A DNA stretch of 64,000 nt from Amycolatopsis sp. (GTDB taxonomy: Bacteria; Actinomycetota; Actinomycetes; Mycobacteriales; Pseudonocardiaceae): contig NZ_DASZWC010000065.1 in assembly GCF_035546795.1 (NCBI RefSeq), forward strand, positions 15,978-79,977, in the 5' to 3' direction. Positions 56,476 through 64,000 of this stretch are shown piece after piece. Numbering within the stretch: position 1 is the stretch's first letter; every line of letters begins with the position of its first letter. The notes beneath the pieces are model-generated. The model made no database searches. It had not been told where the DNA came from and saw only the letters and a program-made list of their open reading frames with translations. The translations under genes were made by a program, and so were the position numbers.

Positions 56476-58599
56476 TTAAGTGTTCTGCACCACCGTTCTG
56501 GCCGGGCGCAGCGTGCTCGCCGCGGCCACGATGGCGAACAGCGCCGTGAGCCCGTGCAACGCGACCGTCACCACGTCCCGGTCGTAGCCGTCGGCCACGT
56601 CCAGCAGTGGCGGCACGCAGGCCAGCGCCGTCACCACCCAGGTGCTGGTGGCGCCGCTCAGCCCGATCCGGACCGTGTGCAGCAGGAACACCCCGAGCAA
56701 CAGTTGGATCAGGTTCTGGATCGGGTCGAGCGGGAGCCCGAGCATCGTGCCGCCGGCATCCCCGCCGAACTGGGTCAGCGCGAAGCCGAACAGCCCGATG
56801 GTCGCGAACCCGGTGCCGAGGACGGTGGCCGCGTGTGCCAGCCAGCCCGTCGGCCGTTGTTGCTGGAACAGGACATACCCGTCCGTATGCCTTTCGAACC
56901 ACCAGAACACGATCAGCGCGGGTACCGCGAGCAGCGCCAGCGCCGTCAGCGTGCGCGGGCCGACGAGCCAGGCCAGCGCATCGTTGACCGGAAGGTAGAC
57001 GAGCGTGACCAGTAACAGCACCGCGGCGAGGAAACCCAGGTAGAGGCTCATCGGAGCGCGCATCGCCAGCCGGACCACGCCGGAAAGCACGGGCCGCGCG
57101 GTCATCCGGTTCAGCGGTCCGGCGAACAAGCCGAGCAGGCACAGTTGCGCCGCACCGAGGAACAGCACCGGCAACGTCGGCGCGGCCAGCGCGCTCGGCG
57201 CCCCCGGAGTGCCGAGCAGATTCGGATCCACGCCGCCAACGGTGACCAGCAACGTCAGCCCCACGGCGGCGAGTACGGCTCCGCCGATCAGCTTGCGGGT
57301 GCCGCCGATGCGGCTGAACGACACCTGCTGCGCGAGCAGTGCGAGCCCGAAAGCGCCCAGATAGCGCGGAATCTCGGTGCCCAGCCAGCCGGCCGAAAGG
57401 TCCGCGAGCACGACGAAAGCGAGTAGCCCCAACGTGGTCGCGGCCCCGCCGCGCCGGTGCAGCGCGAGCATCACCGGCGCGGCCACCATCGTCAGCAGGT
57501 AGACCGCGAGCAGCCACAACGGATGCAGCGCGATCCGCACGATCGTCGCGTTCGTACTGTCCGGAATGCCCAGCAGTTCCAATGCCAGTGGTACCACCAG
57601 GGTGACCACCACGAAGATCAGCGCGGGCCGGAGCAGCCAGCTTGCCCGGTGCGAGAGGTACTGGCGATATCCGCCGCCGCCGTCCCGGATGGCCTCCCAG
57701 CCCGCGCGGTTCGCCCGGCCGCCGGCGAAGTAGAACACCGGCGCCAGTTGCGCGAGCCAGGTGAACGGCCACAGCCCGGACTCGTCCGCGCCGGCCCAGC
57801 GGGCCAGCGAGATCACCGATTCACCGAAGATCAGCAACACCAGACTCGTCACGCCGAGCGTGACCCACGGCGACGCGGGCGCGGGTGCCGGCCTGGCTTC
57901 GAGCTTGCGGACCGGCCGTGCGCGGCGCATGCGCAACCAGCCGCGCAGCCGGAACACCAGCAGGCAGCCGATGACGGAGACCCCGGCCAGCATGGGGCCG
58001 ATCGGGTCGCCGACCGGCGGACCCCAGCGCTGGTGCCACGAGTTCACCTTCAACCCGGCCGAATACAGCGATGCCACGACATTGCACGTCCGCGGCGAAT
58101 CCATCGGGTTGATCCGGCAGGCGTTGTGCATGTCGGCGGACAGGCGCGCGTCGAGCGAGGCGCGGACCTCCGGGCCGAGCGGATGCCCGACTTTGTCGGC
58201 GTAGCGCAACAAGTCGTAGCCGAGGTCGTGGGCCTTGCACGGGACGCTGTAGTCCCACTTGGTGTTGTCGTCGCCCCACGGCGTCGAACAACCACCGTCG
58301 ACGTGCACCGCGCGCGTCGTGCCGTCGCGCGCTTGCAGCGCGCCCGGGACGACACCGGTGACCTGGGTGAAGTCGGCGGGCAACAGGCTCAGCGCGCTGG
58401 GTTGCGGACCGGGGTGGGTCAGCGCTTCGATGGCGCGCTGCGCCGCGGCGGCACCGCCGGTGGGCGGGCCCTGGTCCGCGGGCGTGGCCGCGCGCGAAGC
58501 CACGAACCCGAAACCGACCAGTGCGAGGATCAGCGCGAGCAGCCAGGCCGACGTGGACAGCGGCCGCCGCAGGCGAGGGGTCTCGGCTGGGTCGATCAT
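56476..58599 (-). CDS. Prokaryotic phospholipase A2-like domain fused to a polytopic (acyltransferase-3-like) membrane region
   Basis: DGGCSTP..PCKAHDLGYDLLRY..C..C (sPLA2 His-Asp motif); then TWLAQLAPVFYFAGG, LWLLAVYL and more than 12 TM helices. Confidence 0.72.
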   Translation of the reverse strand: MIDPAETPRLRRPLSTSAWLLALILALVGFGFVASRAATPADQGPPTGGAAAAQRAIEALTHPGPQPSALSLLPADFTQVTGVVPGALQARDGTTRAVHVDGGCSTPWGDDNTKWDYSVPCKAHDLGYDLLRYADKVGHPLGPEVRASLDARLSADMHNACRINPMDSPRTCNVVASLYSAGLKVNSWHQRWGPPVGDPIGPMLAGVSVIGCLLVFRLRGWLRMRRARPVRKLEARPAPAPASPWVTLGVTSLVLLIFGESVISLARWAGADESGLWPFTWLAQLAPVFYFAGGRANRAGWEAIRDGGGGYRQYLSHRASWLLRPALIFVVVTLVVPLALELLGIPDSTNATIVRIALHPLWLLAVYLLTMVAAPVMLALHRRGGAATTLGLLAFVVLADLSAGWLGTEIPRYLGAFGLALLAQQVSFSRIGGTRKLIGGAVLAAVGLTLLVTVGGVDPNLLGTPGAPSALAAPTLPVLFLGAAQLCLLGLFAGPLNRMTARPVLSGVVRLAMRAPMSLYLGFLAAVLLLVTLVYLPVNDALAWLVGPRTLTALALLAVPALIVFWWFERHTDGYVLFQQQRPTGWLAHAATVLGTGFATIGLFGFALTQFGGDAGGTMLGLPLDPIQNLIQLLLGVFLLHTVRIGLSGATSTWVVTALACVPPLLDVADGYDRDVVTVALHGLTALFAIVAAASTLRPARTVVQNT

Positions 58600-58666
58600 G
58601 AACTCCAGAGTGGCAGGATCAACGGCTTTCCAACACCGGGGAAACCCCCGGGGTCGGTCCGCCACC

Positions 58667-60154
58667 CTAATGGTTCGCCGACCGGTGCTCTGCCACCCGC
58701 ACCTGGTTCCGGCCGCCTTCCTTCGCTTCGTACACCGCCGCGTCGGCCGCCTGCATGAGTTTCTCCAGGGAGTCGCCGTGCGCGGGGTAAACCGCGACAC
58801 CGATCGAAGCCGTCCGTTCGCCGACCGTGGTCTGATCCCCACGTTTGTCCGTGGTGACGATCCGTAGCTCGGCCACTGCCGACCGGATACGCTCGGCGGC
58901 TCCGGTGGCGGTCGCCTGGTCGGTGTCGGGCAGGAGCACGAGGAACTCCTCGCCACCGAACCGGCCGACCACGTCGGTGGGCCGGGTGACCTCGTCGAGC
59001 AGTTGCGCGAGATTGCGCAGCACGTCGTCCCCGGCGGGATGGCCGTAGGTGTCGTTGATCCACTTGAAATAGTCGAGGTCGATCATCAGGATGCCGAGGC
59101 CGTCGTCGGACTTCATGGCCCGGTTGAGCGCCCGTTCCGCCGACTCCATCCAGCCCCGCATGTTGTACACCTGGGTCTTCGGATCGGTGCGCACGTCGTC
59201 CTGTAGTTGATCGAGCTCCGCGAGCCGGTTGAACACCACGGTCACCACCGCCATGATCGCGACTGTCGGCGGCAGCACCACCAGCAGGATCGCGGTGACC
59301 GCGCCCAGCCCGACCGTGATCGCTTCGAGCAGGTTGTCCGCCTTGCTGCCGAGGACACTGTGCACGCTCGGCTTGCTCGCCAGGCTCAGAATGCTGCTGA
59401 CGTAAAGGATCTGGACCGCTTCGTAAACCAGGCCGACCAGGACGAGCTTGCCGAATTCGGTCAGCGAGCCCACGACGGACAGTGACTCCCAGTGCTGACC
59501 CCCCAACGTCACGAAGACGGTGTGCGCCACCGTCGCGGCGAGCATGTGCGTGATCGATGAGAACACGAAGTTGTGCGCCGGGCGTCGCGCGACGAACCAG
59601 TGCTGCACGCGAATCAGCAGCACCAGTAGTACGGTCAGCGGCACTGGAAGAATAATCGCGGCGGGGAACACCCACACCGCGGTGAGGTCGATCAGGACTG
59701 TCCGAACGCGATTCCGTCGACGCTCTTCCTGTCGCCGCGTGAGTTGGATGTGCACCGTCGCGCCGGCGGTGAGAATCGCGAACCGTAGCCAATCGAGAAC
59801 CGTTAGGCCCGGTGAGTTCGCGATTGCCACCGCGAACCAGACAATGGCCGCCAGTTCCGCGACGATCAGGAATGCGATGAATCCCTTCGGGCGCCGCCAC
59901 AAAGCCCAATTTCGCGGCCGAAATGAGCGGCGCGTGCCCGAGGAATCACTGGTTGTGTCCGAGTGTGGGGCCTCGGCCGGGATTTGGCCCTGGCCCGCCG
60001 GGTGCGAGACCTCCGGCGTGGCCGATTGGCCGGGAAGCGTGTGCGATCCCCGCCTGGAGGAGGGCGGTCCCACTGGGTCACCTTCTCTCGACGAGCCCGG
60101 TCGCGGCGGGGTAACTTTGCTGTGCCCGGAAGGACGCCGGGTACTTTCCTTCAA
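58667..60154 (-). CDS. Membrane-bound diguanylate cyclase (multi-TM sensor + GGDEF); exact start uncertain
   Basis: About 7-8 TM helices; TDPKT..N, IDLDYFKWINDTYGHPAGD, I-site RPTD, A-site RFGGEEF, ADAAVYEAK..GRN. Confidence 0.92.
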   Translation of the reverse strand: MKESTRRPSGHSKVTPPRPGSSREGDPVGPPSSRRGSHTLPGQSATPEVSHPAGQGQIPAEAPHSDTTSDSSGTRRSFRPRNWALWRRPKGFIAFLIVAELAAIVWFAVAIANSPGLTVLDWLRFAILTAGATVHIQLTRRQEERRRNRVRTVLIDLTAVWVFPAAIILPVPLTVLLVLLIRVQHWFVARRPAHNFVFSSITHMLAATVAHTVFVTLGGQHWESLSVVGSLTEFGKLVLVGLVYEAVQILYVSSILSLASKPSVHSVLGSKADNLLEAITVGLGAVTAILLVVLPPTVAIMAVVTVVFNRLAELDQLQDDVRTDPKTQVYNMRGWMESAERALNRAMKSDDGLGILMIDLDYFKWINDTYGHPAGDDVLRNLAQLLDEVTRPTDVVGRFGGEEFLVLLPDTDQATATGAAERIRSAVAELRIVTTDKRGDQTTVGERTASIGVAVYPAHGDSLEKLMQAADAAVYEAKEGGRNQVRVAEHRSANH

Positions 60155-60255
60155 CAGGTATCATCCCACCGCATACGAAGCGACGTGCACGCGAGGACCT
60201 CGCCCATGCCGAAGCTTCGCTGCTCCACAGCGAGCACCGATTGGAGGTGTTCTCC

Positions 60256-60276
60256 TTGGCTAACCGCGACTTCTGA
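60256..60276 (+). CDS. Micro-ORF 1, hexapeptide MANRDF
   Basis: GGAGGT (60243-60248), 7 nt, then TTG GCT AAC CGC GAC TTC TGA. Confidence 0.7.
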   Translation: MANRDF

Positions 60277-60328
60277 GAGTTGGGTGTCGTTGATGCTTTG
60301 TTTGCGTGGTGTGTGGAGGTGGCCCGCT

Positions 60329-60349
60329 GTGTCGAACCGTGACTTCTGA
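60329..60349 (+). CDS. Micro-ORF 2, hexapeptide MSNRDF
   Basis: GGAGGT (60315-60320), 8 nt, then GTG TCG AAC CGT GAC TTC TGA. Confidence 0.72.
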   Translation: MSNRDF

Positions 60350-60401
60350 TAGTTGTGCCGTGAATCGTGTTCGTTTCGCAACCGCGGAAGAGGTGTACTC
60401 C

Positions 60402-60422
60402 ATGTCCAACCGTGACTTCTGA
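60402..60422 (+). CDS. Micro-ORF 3, hexapeptide MSNRDF
   Basis: GAGGT (60390-60394), 7 nt, then ATG TCC AAC CGT GAC TTC TGA. Confidence 0.72.
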   Translation: MSNRDF

Positions 60423-60480
60423 GCCGGCGAGTCGGTTTGTAGGAGTTTGTTTCGTCGGGAAAAACAGGAGGTGACTGGTT

Positions 60481-60501
60481 GTGGCAAACCGCGACTTCTG
60501 A
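60481..60501 (+). CDS. Micro-ORF 4, hexapeptide MANRDF
   Basis: AGGAGGT (60466-60472), 8 nt, then GTG GCA AAC CGC GAC TTC TGA. Confidence 0.72.
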   Translation: MANRDF

Positions 60502-60507
60502 TGAAGA

Positions 60508-60523
60508 TCGGGCGGTGGCCCGA
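60508..60523. terminator. Hairpin between the micro-ORF array and the convergent MFS gene
   Basis: TCGGGC-ggtg-GCCCGA. Confidence 0.45.
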
Positions 60524-60532
60524 CGGCGTTAC

Positions 60533-61753
60533 TCATATCGCTGTGGCGGTTTCACTGGAGGTCCGTTGCAACCGGGCCCAGGAGACCGCCAGCGGTATTC
60601 CGAGCACCACACCCGCCGCGCCCGCGATGACGATGGCGGTGGTGGCCGAGCCGAGCAGCTGCGCCAGGACGCCGCCGATCGCGACGCCGACGCCTTGGGC
60701 GACCCGCAAGCCGGTGCGGTACAAACCGCCCGCGCCGCCGCGTAGTTCGTTGGGAACCCACGTGATGAACGAGGCGCCCACCGTGACGATGTAGGCCCCG
60801 GCCGCGCCCGCGGCCGCGAGGGCCACCAGTGCCACCACCAGGCCGGGCCGGACCGAGAACACGAGCAGCACGGCGGTCGGCACTATCGCCAGCACACCGA
60901 GCGCACGTTTGCGCGCCTCGGCGGAAACGTACCGGGACAACAGGAAAACCCCGACGACGAAGCCGAGCGGATCCGCCGCGAGCAACCAGCCCACCGCCTG
61001 GTCGGGCGCGCCGATCTCCCTGGCGAGCGGTGCCACGAGCCCCTCGGGGATCACGGCGAGGCCGACCAGCCAGGAAAACCCGAGCAGGATGCGCAGCTTC
61101 GGCTGCCCGGCGACCCACCGGATCGCGCCGAACCAGCTGCCCTGACCGCCGTCGGCGGCCGGACGCGCGACCACCCACCTGTGCAAGGCCAGCGCGCTGA
61201 TCGCGAACGTGGCGGCGTCGATGGCCAGCGCCCACGACGTGCCGGCCGCGGTGACCAGCAACCCGCCGCCGGCGAGCCCCAGCAGCATCGCCGTGTTCGT
61301 GGTGATGCCCCGGATGTCCTGGCTGCGCAGATAAAGCTCGTCGTCGGTGAATATCTCCCTCGTAAGCGCGTTCTGCGCCGCGTTCGACGGCGCGCCTGCC
61401 AGCCGCGCGCAGACGACCAGAACGCACAGCAGCACCAGCGGGATGCCGGGCACCGCCATCACCCCGACGAACGCCGCCTGCACCGCGGCGGTGGCCACCA
61501 GGATGGTCCGGCGCGGGTAGCGGTCGGCCAGCTGGGCCAGGCCGAGCCCGCCGGCCAGCGCGGGCAGGAAGGTCAGTGCGTATGCGACGGCGGACAGCAG
61601 CGCGGAGCCGGTGCGGTGGTAGACCAGCAGCGCCAGCGCGACGGTGGTGAGCTGGTCACCAAGGGTGGACTGCGCCTCTGCGAGCCACACCGTGCGGAAC
61701 TCCCCGCTGGCCAGGGCAGCACGCATCGATGGTCGGGCCTCAGTCCTCACCAT
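60533..61753 (-). CDS. MFS transporter (exporter-like)
   Basis: EFRTVWLAEAQSTLGDQL, LADRYPRR motif A, about 12 TM helices. Confidence 0.9.
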   Translation of the reverse strand: MVRTEARPSMRAALASGEFRTVWLAEAQSTLGDQLTTVALALLVYHRTGSALLSAVAYALTFLPALAGGLGLAQLADRYPRRTILVATAAVQAAFVGVMAVPGIPLVLLCVLVVCARLAGAPSNAAQNALTREIFTDDELYLRSQDIRGITTNTAMLLGLAGGGLLVTAAGTSWALAIDAATFAISALALHRWVVARPAADGGQGSWFGAIRWVAGQPKLRILLGFSWLVGLAVIPEGLVAPLAREIGAPDQAVGWLLAADPLGFVVGVFLLSRYVSAEARKRALGVLAIVPTAVLLVFSVRPGLVVALVALAAAGAAGAYIVTVGASFITWVPNELRGGAGGLYRTGLRVAQGVGVAIGGVLAQLLGSATTAIVIAGAAGVVLGIPLAVSWARLQRTSSETATAI

Positions 61754-62158
61754 CCGTCCCTACTCCCCCCTACCGGGTGAACGCACCGCGTCCACGCATT
61801 CTGTCGTCTGCCGTGGGGTACCGGGTACGGGCACTCACCCAAGCGACAGGAAAGACAACAGCCAGTATGCCGCTTACAGCCCGGAAGCGAACAGTCACAG
61901 CACGACCGTAATCCGGGTTTGGGCCCATCCGGTGGTAAACCCACCGCTTCGGGCTACGACGAACGGCGGATACCCGGAGTGCCGCTGACCGGTCGGAGAG
62001 TAAGTCCCACTGGTCATTGCTCACTCATTCGGCGCAACGAGCTGACCGCTCGTCGTCAACTCGGTGGCATCGGTGTGCGGAGGGCGAAGACTGGGGCCGA
62101 GGCCGGTGGAGCCGAGGACAGGGCTGCGTCGGGGCCGGCCAGTGGGGAGTTGAACAGG

Positions 62159-63073
62159 ATGAACATGCAGCTGGCGGGCCTGGACGGGCGGGCGGTGGTG
62201 GTGACCGGAGCCGGGCGCGGGCTCGGCGAGGCGTTCGCGGTGCACCTGGCGCAGGCCGGATGCCGGGTGGTGGTCAACGACGTGGACCTGGAGCTGGCAG
62301 AACGCACCGCGGGCAACATCCGGGCCCACGGCGGTGAGGCGGTGGCCAGCGGGCATTCCGTGACCGATCCAGCCCAGGCCTCGGCATTGGTCCAGTTGTG
62401 CGTCGAGGAATTCGGCGCGATCGACGGGCTGGTCAACAACGCGGGCCTCAACTACGAGGCGTTGCCGTGGCAGGAGGAGCCCGAGCAGGTCCGCGAACTG
62501 GTGGAAGTCAATGTGCTGGGGGTGATGTACACCGGGATCGCCGCGGTGAAGGCGATGACGGCGCAGGGCCGCGGCGGCGCGATAGTCAATGTCTCTTCGG
62601 GAGCTTCGCTGGGCCAGCGCAAGCTCGGGGTCTATTCGGCGAGCAAGGGCGCGGTCGCTTCGCTCACCTATTCCTGGGCGCTGGACCTGGAGGAGGTGGG
62701 AATCAGGGTCAACGCGATCTGCCCGCTGGCGCACACGCGAATGGTGTGGAAATCGGAGCGATCGCTGCGCAGTTGCCCGCCGGACCGCACTCCTTCCCGG
62801 ATCGCGCCGCTGGTGCTGTTCCTGCTTTCGGACAATGCCGAGGGAATCACCGGCCAGCTGGTCCGTTGCAACGGACCGCAGCTGCACATCATGGGCCAGC
62901 CCTACCTGAAGTCGCCGATTCTCGAGCGGCAGACCTGGGACACCGAAACGGTGCGGCGCGCGTTCGACGAGGTGTTTTCCGCGCACCTGGAGCCTTACGG
63001 GCTGGAGAAGCGGGTGCCACCGCGCTTGCGTAAGTGGACGGAGGGCAGCTCCACACCGCTGCGCACGGCGTGA
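62159..63073 (+). CDS. SDR family oxidoreductase
   Basis: VTGAGRGLG, LVNNAG, VNVSS, YSASK. Confidence 0.9.
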   Translation: MNMQLAGLDGRAVVVTGAGRGLGEAFAVHLAQAGCRVVVNDVDLELAERTAGNIRAHGGEAVASGHSVTDPAQASALVQLCVEEFGAIDGLVNNAGLNYEALPWQEEPEQVRELVEVNVLGVMYTGIAAVKAMTAQGRGGAIVNVSSGASLGQRKLGVYSASKGAVASLTYSWALDLEEVGIRVNAICPLAHTRMVWKSERSLRSCPPDRTPSRIAPLVLFLLSDNAEGITGQLVRCNGPQLHIMGQPYLKSPILERQTWDTETVRRAFDEVFSAHLEPYGLEKRVPPRLRKWTEGSSTPLRTA

Positions 63074-63168
63074 CCGACCCCGGACGGCCGGCGTTTTCGG
63101 GCCCGGGGATCGTCCGAAAATCCGGCTGTCCGGGGTTGCCTCGTTTTGTCAAGACCGACTTTGGTCTC

Positions 63169-63205
63169 CTGTGGACAACTCGAAAAAGGCCCGAGTTGTC
63201 CACAG
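63169..63205. repeat. Perfect 14-bp inverted repeat containing two TTGTCCACA (DnaA-box-like) 9-mers
   Basis: CTGTGGACAACTCG-N9-CGAGTTGTCCACAG between convergent genes. Confidence 0.7.
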
Positions 63206-63364
63206 ACGGCGAAAAAGTGGTGCGGTGGGTGAGCTGTTGTGTCCACGATGGATCACGTGCAGCTCTTCGTGACCGTTCCCCTCGATGCCCGCCCGTTGCT
63301 TCGTCCTTTGTGGACTTTGCTGTTTCTGTTGGCGGCCAGGGTTTTCCGTGTGCGCCGACGATGC

Positions 63365-64000
63365 CTATTGGTACAGGGCGGAGATCTCGGGCTCGTACCT
63401 GGCGTTGATCACCCGGCGCTTGAGTTTGAGTGTTGGCGTCAGCTCGCCGGATTCGGGCGTCCACGGTGTCGTCACCAGGCAGTAGCGCTTGATCTGTTCC
63501 ACCCTGGCGAGCCGGCTGTTCGCGGATTCCACCGCGCGCTGGATCTCCTGCCGCACCGCCGGATGGTTGGCGAGCATCGCCACGTCGGTGCCTTCGATCC
63601 CTTGCGCGGCGGCCCAGCCGGGCAGGATCTCGTCGTCCAGCACGATCAGCGTGGTCACGTAGGGCCGGTCGTTGCCGATCGCCACCGCCTGCCCGATCAG
63701 CACGTGTTCCTTGAGCAGCCCCTCGATCCTGGTCGGCGCGATGTTCTTGCCGCCGGAGGTGATGATCAGTTCCTTCTTCCGGTCGGTGATCCGGACGAAG
63801 CCGTCGGCGTCGATCTCGCCGATGTCCCCGGTGGCGAACCAGCCATCGTCGTCGGTCACGGATTTGACGGAGCCGTCCTCCTGCAGATAGCCGAGGAACA
63901 CGAGCGGTCCGCGCACCAGCAGTTCGCCGTCCTCGGCCACCTTCACCTCGGTGCCGGCCACCGGGCGGCCGACGGTGCCGGCCCGGAAAGCCCGCAGGGA
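63365..64000 (-). CDS. Long-chain fatty acid-CoA ligase (AMP-binding), 5' part outside the window
   Basis: GTVGRP, GELLVRGP.VF.GY, GWFATGDIG, ITDRKKELIITSGGKNIAP, ELTPTLKLKR. Confidence 0.9.
   Translation of the reverse strand, partial: SLRAFRAGTVGRPVAGTEVKVAEDGELLVRGPLVFLGYLQEDGSVKSVTDDDGWFATGDIGEIDADGFVRITDRKKELIITSGGKNIAPTRIEGLLKEHVLIGQAVAIGNDRPYVTTLIVLDDEILPGWAAAQGIEGTDVAMLANHPAVRQEIQRAVESANSRLARVEQIKRYCLVTTPWTPESGELTPTLKLKRRVINARYEPEISALYQ

Noticed and set aside
60243-60501. CRISPR array reading of the roughly 73-nt periodic repeat
   Set aside because: The conserved core is only 15 nt, non-palindromic and varies at a wobble position. No cas genes are in the window. The SD-start-stop structure explains it better.
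59963-60536. ORF-track ORFs of 70-150 aa spanning the GGDEF-MFS intergenic region
   Set aside because: Atypical codon usage and no SD or motifs. The repeated KSR(F/L) in the - strand ORFs is just the antisense of the NRDF codons.
63080-63360. Replication origin (oriC)
   Set aside because: Only 2-3 DnaA-like boxes, no dnaA or dnaN nearby, and no AT-rich unwinding element.

Overview
High-GC actinomycete chromosomal segment. Gene content and codon style resemble Pseudonocardiaceae (Amycolatopsis-like); this assignment is an inference. Most of the window is catabolic or regulatory. It holds a GntR-controlled amino-acid/osmolyte catabolic cluster (DUF3830, class III aminotransferase, semialdehyde dehydrogenase, two maleate-isomerase/racemase genes, D-2-hydroxyacid dehydrogenase, amidase). 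That cluster is interrupted by two pseudogene remnants and a three-gene cassette encoding a PrsW protease and a membrane-tethered nuclease-like protein. Also present: a styrene/indole monooxygenase operon, quinate/shikimate genes, a SigK/RskA lipid-modification regulon, an oxalomesaconate/extradiol dioxygenase operon, tRNA-Leu(UAG), a BldD-like regulator, an LCP protein and a phospholipase A2-membrane fusion. The most striking feature, missed by the ORF track, is at 60243-60501: four tandem micro-ORFs, each with its own Shine-Dalgarno sequence, all encoding M-[A/S]-N-R-D-F with synonymous codon variation. They sit between a divergent membrane-bound diguanylate cyclase and a convergent MFS transporter, suggesting a hexapeptide signal / exporter / c-di-GMP receptor system. 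Other unannotated elements are a 30-aa His-rich small ORF, a 54-bp coding tandem repeat between an ArsR and an MFS gene, and a 555-bp insertion bounded by 25-bp direct repeats. All family assignments come from motif recognition by eye; no database searches were run.
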